A stretch of DNA of 64,000 nucleotides from Asterias rubens (GCF_902459465.1 NC_047062.1:1550001-1614000), one strand, 5' to 3'. Shown: positions 1-12,142, counted from the first letter of the stretch. Numbers and translations are program-made. Notes: generated by a model from the letters alone, not told the origin.

Positions 1-380
1 GGACACTATTGGTAATTACTCAAAATATTTTTCAGCACAAACACTTACTTGGTATCGAGCAATGTAGAGCTGTTGATAGGCTAGTATAAAACATTGTGAG
101 AATAGGCGCCCTCTGAAGGTAAGTTGTCTTTGCGAAAGAAGTAATTTCTCACTAAAATATTTGAATTGATACCTGGACCTTAGTTGAGGTCTTGAATTCA
201 AGGCATCTGAGAGCACACAACTTGTGCGTCAAGGGTGTTTTTTCTTCCATTATTATCTCGCAACTTTGACGACCAATTGAGTCAAAAATTTTACCGGTTT
301 GTTATTTCCTGCATTTGTTGGGATACATTAGGTGAGAATACTGGTCTTTGACAATTATCAATAGTGTCCAGTGTCTTTAA
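1..380. mobile_element. MITE family A (TTAA-flanked, TIR AGGCAGTGGACACTATTGG; Kolobok-like), left end cut by the window edge
   Basis: Ends aatagtgtccagtgtctttaa. Further ~340-390 bp copies at about 10784-11563, 13103-13430, 24031-24399, 27359-27743, 33581-33973, 40017-40358, 41821-42190, 46114-46240, 51588-51932 and 62689-63064. Confidence 0.85.
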
Positions 381-412
381 ATTGTCTCTACCCTCTTTGA
401 TGTTTGTTTTAG

Positions 413-3400
413 CTCAGTAAGAGAGTCAAGTTGGATCCAGAGGAGTTGGAGGTGTACAGAATCAAAGAAAAAGAGAGAAAGGCGGCTGTCAAACTGAAAC
501 AGTAAGTCTGATAATAATAATAATCATAATAATATCAAACTCTTATATAGCGCAAAATTTGATAATAATAATATCGAAGTCTTATATAGTGCACGTATCT
601 ACCAAACAAGGTACTCAAGAGACCCAGTTATGTAGCACCTTATAAGGGTTTACAAGGTGCTACAGCCAGGAACACCTGGGTGAACCCCTTCTATTTTCGA
701 TAAGTGCTCTGGGTTCTTTTTAATGCGTTACACAACACATGGGACCAACAACTTTACGTCCCATCCGAAGGACGAAGCAATAGTTAAGTGTCTTGCTTAA
801 GGGCACAAGTATCACGGCTGGGGATTCGAACCCACACTCTGCTGATCAGAAACACTAGAGTTTGAATTCGGCGGTCTTAACTGCTCGGCTATGACACTTC
901 CTCATGAAACTTTCTCAATTGAGTAGCATGTAGTAAGCCACAAGTGGAACTGACTGGGTTAAAATGCAAGATGATTTTGAAAAGAGCAGGATTTGAACCT
1001 GCGACCTCCAAACTTCAATGCCAGTGCTCTTCCAACTGAGCCACAAGCCCTATTTTGCAGTCTCCCTCTTTTGTCACAATCTTTGTTCAATCTTTGTTAA
1101 AGGGCGTGCAACTTCTATTATATCAAGTAGTAAATAACAAGGGGAAACTGATGACTGCTTAAATATAAATACATTTTGAGGTCAACAAAGAATGACCAAC
1201 GAGAACAGGATCTCAAACCCTGGTCCTTACCTTGGCGCCCCTTGAAATGATTTCCGTTTTAGAGGTTCAGTAGAAAGCAGAGTTGGTAAGGGGCAAAACT
1301 GACTTGATTTATTCTTTGTGAATTCCACAGAGGTGCTGAGTTAGACTCTAGTGATGAGAGCGAAGAAGAGATGGAGATTGGAGATGCAGTCGGTCACAAG
1401 AGCAGCAAGAAACAAGTCCAACACGATCTCATGCTCAAGACTGAGGTTCGTACAATGTTTTACTCTACACATTTCTTAACCATTTGTTGAAATTCATGTA
1501 CACAGGCAGGGCCCAATTTCATAGAGCTGCTTAAGCACAAAAGAAAGGAGATGAGCAGAACAAAATTGACAACTAGAATAAGGTTACCAGCCAAAAACGC
1601 CATATCACATCTGTCTATGACTGGTGTACTGCTTGATTTTGCTTAATAGCAGCAAATAATTAAACAATATTTATTGCCTAGGCAGAACTATGAAATTGCA
1701 CCTTTGGTGGTACATTTGTAAGTTTTAAAGCCATTGGACCCTTTCGGTAAACAGTGTTGTCCAAGGCCCACACTTTGTGTACCACAACTTCTATATCAAA
1801 TAACAAACCTGTGAAAATTTAGGCTCAATCGGTCATCGGAGTCGGGAGAAAACAACGGAAAAACCCACCCTTGTTTCCGCGCGTTTCGCCGTGTCATGAC
1901 ATGTGTTTCAAATAAATCCGTAATTCTCGTTAACGAGAATTTATATTGTTTTGCTGTTTTCTCAAAAAGTAAAGCATTTCATGGAATAATATTTCAAGAG
2001 AAGTCTTTCACCATTGCCTTCTGTAAACCCTGTAAGTTATTTGTAAATGTGTGAACTTTTTTTTTTTTCCTGAACCGAAAGGGTCCAATGGCTTTAATGG
2101 CCCTCTCTTGTGTATAGAACAAGCTGTCCACCTCCATTACAGGTTCAAAGGTCATGTCCAAATTGCTTCCCTCGATACTCATGATGTTGAGTCTAAGATT
2201 ACAATGGAACTATTACTCGGTTGAGAATGCTTACCCCCCTTGGAATTAAACAGGCAAGTCAAGGCCGAGTCACACTGCAGCGATAACGAAACGATAACGA
2301 TCACTGCGCAAAGAGAACGCATTCTAACGGTTGAATGAGCGTGGGCGTATTATGCGTTGAGCAATTCAACCAATAGAATATGTTCTCTTTGCGTCGTGAT
2401 CGTTATCATTTTCGTTATCGCTGCCGTGTGACTCGGCCTTAAGCCCCAACTCAACTTATATCGAACTGCCTCTAGCTATCGGCAATCTCGGTGGACTAGT
2501 TGACAAGACATCTGCTCTAGCATGGTAAAGGTCGTGGGTTCAAGTCCCATGCCTGTGATTTTCTTTACACAGTACTCGGAAAAGTACTGGGTACACGTTG
2601 CTTACATACATCGGCGTATGGGTTAAACCAAATAATATGTTCCCTATATCAATACTATCTACAGAGCGGGAAGAAAGGAACAAGTTTCTTCAAGAATGCC
2701 AAGAAGTCTTATCCGATGTTTCCTTTCCACGAGGAGAGAATAAGATGGGATGAGTACGGGGAATTGATTAAACCAGAGGACTACATGATCACTGAGATGA
2801 ACCAAGCTGAAGAAGAGAAAACCAAAGCTGTAAGTCGCTCATATCTTGGCACTTTTGGAACGCATGAAACTGAGAGCCCCCTTAGAACTATCGCTTGGTA
2901 GTTTATTGCATCACATAGGCACATATCTGTTGCTCGCCTAAAATATTCCACTCCAAAACGATCAATTTTACCCCAAATCAACCATTTCAATTTTCAAAAG
3001 CATTTCTCACGACAATCAATTAATCAATCAACCGCAGAGACAGGAAGGGTCTGTTGCGCCGATCTCCTGTGTCCTACAGCCTCACGCCACATGTGGTAGA
3101 TTTCGCTTGGCCGGCCAAGTTGTTGGGCCCAGGATGATCGAGGGAGGCCTCTAGGTCTCTTCCAGCCAGGAGCTGTTGCTAGGCCTCCCCTGGAATTGAT
3201 TGCAATTGATCTTAGAGCTTTTTTAGCTGGGATGTTGTCAGCTAAGCGAGCGACATAAGGCAAGAGCGGCTGCGTTGAATTAGTTGGTTGATGGGGGGGC
3301 AGACCTGTTCTTTGGGTGACCTCATGACAGAAATTGTTAATTCTGCAGAGACATTGGACTTAAAGAATTTATGTGGGACCATGGGTATAGTTAGAGGCAA

Positions 3401-6400
3401 GGAAAACAACATTTTTCTGTTGATTATGGGTGCAATAGCTTGTATTTGTCACTTGCAATGACGTAGTTTAGTGTTATTAGATTTTACACTGGCATAAAAA
3501 TAGACAAATGGATAAATTAAGATACAAAGAACCAAAATAGATTAAAATACCAAGCCAGTGAGTGGCAAGAAGGAACAGGTGAACAGCACCTCTACAAAGC
3601 TGTCCTGCCACAAAGAAAGTCTGTTAATCTTACCCCTCAGTTAAGAAACTATTCACCCCTCTGTTTAAGAACCACCCATCCCTCAGAAAAAGAAATGAAA
3701 AAAAAGAGAGGGGTGGCCTTGAAGGCGGGCCTGACAATTACGAGCGACAACGAGAGCAACGGCAATGTGACACCCAAGTATAATGATCTTAATCATGGAG
3801 AGGAACAAACTACATGTGAACTAGGCCTATATGTTGAGTCCTCTGTAAATAAATAACACTTACAATAGATTTTTGTGTGCAGTTCTTAAAGTAATTAAAC
3901 TAGGCCACTGTGGTGTACCTATTAGCTGTATACTACTGCCAAATGGAAACACCACAGTGACAAATCTAAAACTAAATTAACGTGCTGGGTATACTCTTCA
4001 ACCTGTATGGCTAATGGTGCTGCTGGCTGCTAGGTGTAAATCGAGAGAAAGAAAAAAGGTTCAGCCAGCCCATATAGTGAAGGCACTACCGTCATGGTTG
4101 ATCACACACTTGGTGATGCTCAAAAGTAATAACTCGCTGATTTAAATACCACAGTAACTAAAGCTACTACAAGATACATTTTAAAACAATAACAAATATT
4201 TAGATATGTACTGGTTGAGATGTTTGGGCAGCACCTTAACTTGAAAATCAATTTAGAATAAATACTTGCTTAATAAAAAGAAAGCAGTAAGGTTTATTTC
4301 TCTACTGCTGAGGATACTTTCCCCTAAAGCTCTTTGGAATCTTTCAACAACAAGTAGAATGCCATCATGTCAACGTCTCCTATGATCTGGATCCTTTTTT
4401 TTGTCATCAATGACTTCTCATCCATGGTTTTAAAATAATGTCTTCCAAGATAGAATAGTGAGAATTATATTTTTGATTTGTCCACAGGAGGAGGATGGTT
4501 TTGATGGAGAGGATGTTGGTGAAGGTGAGTTATTAAGTATTATCATCGTCATTCTTGAGAGGCGATGAAAGCAAAATATTAAGAACAAAAGCGTCACGAT
4601 TGGGATTCGAAACCACACTCTGGTGACAGTTCTAACTGATTTGGTGTAATGTGAGAGAGAGTTTTTAAGAAAAAGGACTGATTTACAAATTCATACAAAG
4701 ATAAATAAAGGACAGCCACTCGGGGTTTTTAGTTTCACAAGAGTTTCTGACATTTAGACCCTAGCAGAGTCTTTCTCATCATCATCATTTAGCAGTCGGA
4801 ACCGAGATTCCATGCACAACGTCACGCCAGAGGTTATTATCCCTCGTCATGTTTGGAAGGTCCTCCGTATCTCTACCGATCACGTCGATGTAGTTGAGTG
4901 GTCGAGGTCCTCTATTAGGGCACGGCAGTCTCCAATATAACACGTCAGGAAGGACCTGGTCTTTGGCACGAAAGCAGTGACCTGCGAAGCGGACTCTGCG
5001 TTGAGCAACAGTAGTAGAGCTTGGTGGAATGTCTCTGTAGATCGGTTCTTTGGTCTTGTGCTCAAAGGCTAACAATGACATCAAAATATTGAGACTCTGC
5101 TTCTGTCATACATCAGGCCATTTACTATTTCTTTTGCATTTATACGCATTGTTTTGTTAGTTGATTGCATCATCTTATTCTACTCAGGATTGTTAAAGCC
5201 ATTGGACCCTTTCGGTACAGAAAAAAAAAAAAAAGTTCACAGATTTACAAATAATTTACAGGGTTTACAGAAGGTAATGGTGAAAGACTTCTCTTGAAAT
5301 ATTAGTCCATGAAATGCTTTACTTTTTGAGAAAACGGTAAAACAATATAAATTCTCGTTAACGAGAATTACGGATTTGTTATAAACACATGTCATGACAC
5401 GGCGAAACGCGCGAAAACAGGAGTGGGTTTTCCCGTTATTTTCTCCCGACTCCGATGTCCGATTGAGCCTAAATTTCCACAGGATTGTTATTTTATATAT
5501 AAGTTGTGATACACGAAGTGTGGGACTTGGACAATACTGTTTACCGAAAGGGTCCAATGGCTTTAATGTCTTTATTTCCTTCATCAGCCGGGGCAGATAT
5601 TCCCACAAAATGTGTCTCTCGGGAGGTGACCATGGAGGTGAAATGCTCGGTCAACTTTATTGACTTTGAGGGGCGGTCAGACGGAGAGTCCATCAAGAAA
5701 CTCATCACTCAGGTTAAGCCTCGTCAACTGGTGAGTACAAAGTTCAGAATTTTTGTTTTTTATTTGTAAAAATAGAGTCTGGATTTAAAATTGTTCATTT
5801 TTTGTCCAGTCTCAACAAAAATCCATTGATTTTAACACCAGGTCAATTTATTTCAGTTGAAAATGAATGCTCCGTTTCCGGAGTAATTAAATTTCACCAG
5901 TTTAGCATTCACTGGTTTTACAACCTGTGGACGAGGCGGCCACGGACGCAAGTCTATGCCGAATGATTTTGATGATGATGGTTTTAGCAATACCATCATT
6001 CCACTTCATTAGGCCACAAGATTCATTCAAATTTGTGAACTGTAATCATCAACTGATAGAGCTGTCAATTTCTACACACAGATTATTGTACATGGCGCTG
6101 AGGAGCCTACTCAGCATTTAGCTGAGTACTGCAGGCTACAGTTAGCTGGAACCAAGGTATTCACTCCGAGTATCAATGAGACAATGGATGCTACGATGGA
6201 GAGCCACATTTATCAAGTAAGACTTGCTACAATATGACCTCATTTTACCCCCGACAGGAAACACAATAAAGTGTACCTCTTTTCTACCGTCACATTAGCA
6301 GTTTTTCCAATGGTTTTAACTTTTTTTTTTAAGTACCTGAAACCACCAACAAAGTGTTTCAATTTGTTATACTGAATTTCTTTTGAGTTGATAGGAATAA

Positions 6401-9400
6401 TTAAATATTTTTTACTCTCAAATTTGAAGACGAACATTTACGTAAATGCTAGGTTAATTTTTCTTTCAATTTTTGTTTATAAATATTTGATTGTGGTTTA
6501 GAAAAATTTGTTTATTAGGCCTAAACATCAAATGAATCAACTCCATTCATTTTTGTAACATGATCTTGCCTGGTGGAACAAATGGGCAGGGAGCAATAAT
6601 TTTGGAAACATCCAATAATTATCCATATTGGACTCCTATGTTCAATTGTGGAGTGTCAAAGCAGTATACATGGTAAAATAAAGGATGACATGTGATATGA
6701 TAAGTGTTCCACTATCGAATGACAAGCACATACATATACATCCCCTTCAAAGTATATTTTATACATAACTTTACATTAGTTTGATATTCTTTCGGATGAA
6801 TAAAAATATGGTCTGCACCATAAAGGTGACTTGTGGTGAAAGGTAAAAACAAATTATGTTCTTGATCCCCGCTGCAAAACTAACATCTCTTACTATCTTT
6901 TTGTTTGTCGAAAGGTGAGGTTAAAAGACTCGCTAGTCAGCTCCCTTAATTTCTCCAAAGCCAAGGATGCAGAGTTGGCGTGGATCGATGGCATGCTTGA
7001 CCTCCCCGAGTCTGCGTCTGACCTTGGGGTCGTTAAAGAACCAGAGGCTGAGGCAAAGGAGGAGGGTTCAGAAGACAAGCTAAAGGCACCAGGTGAGAGA
7101 GTTAGTAGATGTGATTCTTGGCAATCTTCGCCTGTTGTCAGAATTCTTGTAATGGGAGAAGATTGGGGACTCTAGTTGGCAGCAGACTTACCAGTAAATC
7201 CATTGTTTTGGAAATGTGCGCACACCCAAAACAACAATGAAAATTTACATAATAAGTCTGCTGTCACCTATCATTAAAAACTCTCCCTTTAGTTCCCCTT
7301 CATGGAGTACTGTTGTCAAATTTAGGTTCGGAGCTTCTGCCTGTCATTTAATTTGTTTTTATATAGAAAGCAGGAGCCGCTATTAATCTACTTGGTAAAT
7401 AGTTTTTGCTCATCATAACAACCTCTTTCTCACTGAGGTCTGTAGCCAGCCTCTGTCTTTTTTACAGATATTTCCATAGTAACCTTCCAGCTGTCTGTCC
7501 CACCTGGTTTCTCCTATCATGGTGTTTGGAGTCTGAAACCAGACTTTCTGCTTGTTCTCACCCATACACTCTTGGTTTGCTGAGATCTAGAACAAAGAGT
7601 CATTCCAATAGATTTTCTGCCATGTAGTGCTAGCGAATCTCTTTTGTACTCTTTAACCTGGTGCATGTTTCCCTCCATCCTACAATCTAGACTGTTTTAA
7701 AAGGAATATAAATTCCTACCTTCAGCTTCCCAGAGTTATTTTCATCTTAAATATTTTTGTTGTAGCCCCTTAGCTTTTAGCCTCATTTTGGGGCGAAGTA
7801 GCATAAAAAGGGGGAAATATTGAGTTTTAAACTTTGCATGGTGGAAAAACAAGCTAGTTTGGTTTGCTCTTCCAAGAAGACGCTGATGCTGATCAAAGCA
7901 CACTGATCAAAACATTGAGTTGTCACCCCCCCCCCAGTTTTCTTTAGAACCACCACAACTCCGAGAGAGACATTTTATGTACACAGTGTTTACTGCAAAC
8001 CTTACTAGAAAGCATTATTGTACATTTCTTATCATTTACTCTGAGATGACATGTCAATAAGCTGATAGTAATTCAATGTCTGTTTGTCCTCTAGGTTTAA
8101 GCATCAGTAATAAAGACAACATTGAAGGGGATACAGATGAAGTGATTCCAATGCTAGGAGCCATCCCACAACTAGAGGTATGTCTTGCTGAGGCAAAAAA
8201 TAATAATATACAGTTCTTATAATATGCAGTTCTTCATGGTGTGTCATGGCTGAGCGGTGTAGCACATTCGACTCGAGTTCTGGTAGGGAGGTCACCAAGA
8301 TGTGGGTTCGAATCACGGTCATGACACTTGTGCCCTTGAGCGAAACACTTAGCTGGGATAAATTATATGATTTGTTTTGTTTATTCATTTAGCTTGGTGC
8401 GCTATATATACTTGGCAGCACATGTTGTATACTCCCACTGTAGCTTAGGTGGTTTAAGAAAAGAAATAAATGACCCAGTGACCAGGAGGGTCTTTGACAA
8501 GTGTGACTTGATTTTTTTTTGTTTTACGTGCATTACACACCACACAGGACCTGTGGCTTCTGTACCATCTGGAGGGCGCAGCAATAATGGTTTAGTGTCA
8601 TGCTTTAGGACACCATAGTGTCAAGACCAGGACTGGAACCCACACTCTACTGTTCAGAAACACTGGAGCTCGAGTCCAGTGTGCTTGGCCACAACACATC
8701 AGTACTGGACAAAGACCCCAAAATAGCCTTCTTTCGTAAAAAAAATCTTTAAAAACTCACACATGGTATGGTTGTTGTCATTTAGAAAAAAGAAAAAGAA
8801 AAAAAAAGGGAATCCCCAAATTTTCTTCATGTGTTACCTGCCACAAAATCAAAATGTTGTACCTGCTACTAAAGTGTACATAAAACCAACTTGTCTGCTT
8901 GGTGCAATTAATTTTGGTGAAAACTTTGTATCATAGGTCCCTGGTCACAATCAAGTTTACGTCAACGCTCCCAAGTTCCAAGATCTGAAACAAGTGATGT
9001 CAAGAAACGGCGTACAGGCTGAGTTTACTGGTGGCGTGCTGGTCTGTAACTCTGTGGTTGCAATTAAACGGGTAAGGAGATGTTTTCAGATCATATCCAC
9101 TTTCTTCAGGGTGATTTTATGGAGCTGTTTGAAACACTGCCTGATAAATTAAAGATGTTTTTTATTTAGGACGATAACTTGAAAAGATAAGCCCAGAATA
9201 CTCTTATCAGATATTGGTATTAATTCCTCACCAATACCAAGAACTGACACCTTGTGTACAAAATCAGTTGTTTGTTTGTAAAATATATGTCAAGGCCAAC
9301 AATTTCATGAAGTATCAAAGATTCATGCATGCACTATGCTGAAATGAAAGCAAAAATGGAAAGAAAAAAAAAAAGTGGGGGTTAACCCTGTTTCAGCCCT

Positions 9401-10182
9401 AGGAGTAGGTGGTAACGGCCTGTGAATAAAACAAACAATAATTGTAGCCCACACCTTGAAGTGGCCTTCAGGCCTTGTGTGTCTGGCGACTTGCATAAAC
9501 AAAAACTTTAAAAAACCTAGTGTGTGGCACATGAGCTGGCCTGTTTTCACAAACTGAAACACAAGTAGTTTTGTAATTCATTAGAATGTGTCGTTTCAGG
9601 GAAACAAAATTACTTGGCTGTTTTGGGTTTATTTGGTTGCATGAACTGACAGACACATTTCTTACTTTGTTGCTTATTAATTTAGGGAGTGAAATGTTCG
9701 AAACCAGTATTTTTGTAAAATCATCAAGTATACGAAAAATCTGTTGAAAATACTCTTGACATCAAAGGATAGTGTGTTTTTTTGGTGTGTTTTTAAGATA
9801 CTCAACTTTAGATGCTGTTTTGTTTGTTTTGTTGATGTTGAGATTAATACACCACAGGCCTTTCAAAACTTCGAGGTTGGATTCTGGCTCAAGTTTGGGC
9901 TCCGTCATCAAGCTCAGACAGTTTATATTTTTGCACAGTGTTTCCAAACATCAAACAGCTGGAGCCCAAATCGAGTATTGGTAAAAAACCTAGAAAAAAA
10001 CATGGCTTGTGCTTTGTCGTTTTTTTAGGCACGCCAGATTTTAGAGATGTTTATTTATCAATGTTTAATTTGATTTGTTCTCATTTTAGAATGACTCTGG
10101 AAGGATCACGTTAGAAGGATGCCTCAGCCCAGACTACTTTAAGGTCAGGCAACTATTGTACGAGCAGTATGCCATTATCTAA
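413..10182 (+). CDS. CPSF2: Cleavage and polyadenylation specificity factor subunit 2 (CPSF100), 3' half; the 5' exons lie before the window
   Basis: Exons 413-501, 1331-1445, 2665-2829, 4488-4524, 5588-5730, 6082-6216, 6915-7092, 8095-8177, 8937-9071, 10090-10182 (TAA). All are GT-AG and phase-consistent (390 aa). Peptides [69 protein letters not shown] and [11 protein letters not shown], and the end LLYEQYAII*, match CPSF2 as recalled from vertebrates. Confidence 0.97.
511..901 (-). mobile_element. tRNA-derived SINE with a Deu/Nin-like central domain and an (ATT)n tail
   Basis: On the minus strand: A/B boxes (GGTTCGAATCCC), central gtccttcggatgggacgtaaag..aaagaaccc..ggggttc.cccggtgttcctggc and an ATT tail. 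Other copies at about 8238-8620(+), 23735-24010(+), 25036-25520(+), 48945-49066(-) and 52878-53278(-). Confidence 0.8.
983..1052 (-). mobile_element. tRNA-like SINE head fragment
   Basis: The reverse complement has TGGCTCAGTTGG and GGTTCAAATCC boxes but no paired acceptor stem. Confidence 0.55.
1508..1705. mobile_element. MITE family G (TIR GGGCCCAATTTCATAGAGCTGC)
   Basis: Terminal inverted repeats. Further copies or fragments at about 10759-11724, 16634-16876, 23097-23224, 26350-26853, 35857-36040, 38930-39108, 39958-40545, 42838-43024, 46948-47205, 52060-52137, 58730-59195 and 61048-61240. Confidence 0.8.
1725..2097. mobile_element. MITE family B (TTAA-flanked, TIR AGCCATTGGACCCTTTCGG)
   Basis: ttaaagccattggacc...ggtccaatggctttaa. 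Other copies at 5193-5566 and about 26368-26718. Confidence 0.85.
2261..2440. mobile_element. 180-bp fold-back MITE
   Basis: Arms aaggccgagtcacactgcagcgataacgaa and ttcgttatcgctgccgtgtgactcggcctt; the interior is also largely self-complementary. Confidence 0.8.
2458..2650 (+). repeat. Family C tRNA-derived multi-hairpin repeat (258-bp unit), degenerate copy
   Basis: Similar to 10960-11216. Other fragments at about 6840-6890, 24491-24730, 27945-28090, 29780-29875, 37520-37670, 39328-39630 and 54520-54630. Confidence 0.75.
3012..3265 (-). mobile_element. 3' fragment of an RTE-like non-LTR retrotransposon
   Basis: ORF 3024-3263 ([27 protein letters not shown]) resembles the RTE-clade ORF C-terminus and is followed by a (TTGA)n-like tail. 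Confidence 0.65.
4779..5060 (-). mobile_element. 5'-truncated RTE-clade LINE 3' end with a (GAT)n tail
   Basis: ORF 4785-5084 [26 protein letters not shown] is typical of the RTE C-terminus. Flanked by a CTCA direct repeat (4775-4778 and 5061-5064). Confidence 0.8.
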
Positions 10183-10817
10183 TGCAGACTAAAAGCAGCC
10201 CTCCGTAAGCTGTCTTGAGCAAGAGATGAACTCATGGCTGATGCCTTTCTATAATTGTGACTGCAGGTTATACTGTTTATCAGACTACTTGGGACAAACT
10301 TTGACACAGTACTTGTTCATAGTTGATGCTGGTCTGGAATTAACATTCGAGAGGGCAAGGCCATTTTCATTTTGAAAAGGGCACACACACTTGAAAATCT
10401 TAAAGTCTATGTGGAACTTTTGAAGGGGCACCAAGGCCATGCCCAGGGCAACAGAGGCCAAGGCCTCTGTGACCTCCGTCTAAATCCAGGCCTGGGATGT
10501 GAATGTAGAATTTGGTTCTGCTTTTCATTGCTGTGGATTAAAGTCGGTCGAGACTCAACTTCAATAGAGCAACCATGTTTGGGTGCTTCACTGACCTTAT
10601 ACACCCGATGTCATCAGGATGAATCGTGGATGTGCCATTTTGGGGTTGGAGTGTCCAGTGTGTTTACGGTGCAGTGCACAGTCCAGGAGATGAGCACATT
10701 GTAAAACAATTAGTGCAGACAATAACCGCATTGCCGTCAGCAAAGGGGTCTGTATCAAGGCCCAATTACATGGAGCTGCTTAAAGGCAGTGGACACTATT
10801 GGTAATTACTCAAAATA

Positions 10818-11216
10818 CATATTTGAGTAACATAATGCCTGTGATATTTTTTCACAGGACTCGGGAAAGTACTGAGTATACAGTACTAACACTCATCGGT
10901 GTATGGGTAAAAACAAAAATTAATATTCTTTATCCCCGATGCAAATTTAACATCTCTTATATCGTTGCGGTACCCGCTGCCAAAACATAGGATTCGAACT
11001 GCCTCTAGCTACCGGGCAACCTCGGTAGTCTAGTTGGTAAGACACTGCTCTAGAATTGCGAGGGTCGTGGGTTCAAATCCCACCCGAGTAACATGCCTGT
11101 GATATTTTTTCACAAGACTCGGAAAAGTACCGAGTATACAGTGCTAACACACATCGGTGTATGGGTAAAAGCCAAAATTAATATTCTTTATCCCCGATGC
11201 AAACTTAACATCTCTT
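10818..11216 (+). repeat. Family C insertion, about 1.5 tandem units (period 258 bp), with A/B boxes
   Basis: The segment tgcctgtgat...catctctt occurs at 10836-10958 and 11094-11216. A box GGTAGTCTAGTTGG, B box GGTTCAAATCC. AAAATA direct repeats at 10812-10817 and 11217-11222. Confidence 0.85.
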
Positions 11217-12142
11217 AAAATAATTATTAGCATAAAACCTTACGTGGTAACGAGTAATGGGGAGATGTTGATGGTATAAAACATTGTGAGAAATGGTTCC
11301 CTCTGAAGTAACGTCGTTTTTGAGAAAGAAGTAATTTTCCGAGAATTTGATTTCGAGACCTCAGAATTAGAATTGTCTCAAAATCAAGCACCTGAAAGCA
11401 CACAACTTTGTGCGACAAGGGTGTTTTTTTCTTTCATTATTATCTCGCAACTTCGATGACCAATTGAGCTCAACTTTTCACAGGTTTGTTATTTTATGCA
11501 CATGTTGAGATACACCAAGTGAGAAGACTAGTCTTTGACAATGACCAATAGTGTCCAATGTCTGTAAGCACAGAAAGTAGTTAAGCACAACATTATGGTT
11601 ACAGGAAGAAGGTTATCCACCGAAATACCATGTCACATGTATAAATCTGTGACTGGTTTCTGGCCTATTTTTGCTTGACAGAAAACACTCTTTAAAGTAA
11701 TTTAAGCAGCTCTATGAAATTGGGATTGATGAGTTAATTTATTATCAAATGAAGAAGGGATGACACTTAGTACATTCATACTTTGCAGGTCCAACTGAAT
11801 ATTTGAGAAATAACATCATGTTTACCAAAAGGGTGATATGGGGGGGGGGGGTGTGGGTTGTAGCCATGCATGGTTGTAGCAGAAACATTGCCAACAATTG
11901 CAAAAGGTACTCTTGTTCAAAGCTGCCTTTTTTTTGGGGGGGGGGGGGGACACACCATAGCTCAGTTCTTTGTGTTTGTGTGCTAGTTACTTTCATGCAT
12001 CAAATCCAGTATTTTCTGCATTAAGAATCACCAGGGCTATATTTCTTGCATCTGTATATAAACAGTGTTATGTAACTATTATGAGAAAGTGAGTTGGGAA
12101 TATTTATGACTCTGTATTAAAATACTGAGTTATGAGATTTTT

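Noticed and set aside
16-216. Recurrent 60-90 aa ORFs with similar text (e.g. [15 protein letters not shown] at 11227, 27476, 40108, 41920, 62731)
   Set aside because: They are translations of MITE family A copies, with inconsistent frames and stops between copies. They are not a protein family.
983-1052. Possible tRNA genes here and at other GGTTCGAATCC sites (about 830, 8308, 11070, 21797, 36700, 48990, 53200, 53905)
   Set aside because: They have A/B boxes but no complete cloverleaf, and most continue into SINE bodies.
10960-11216. Hammerhead core or amber-suppressor tRNA within family C
   Set aside because: CTGAGTA and GAAA lie in a simple hairpin, not in hammerhead topology. The TCTAGA loop lacks a properly paired anticodon stem.
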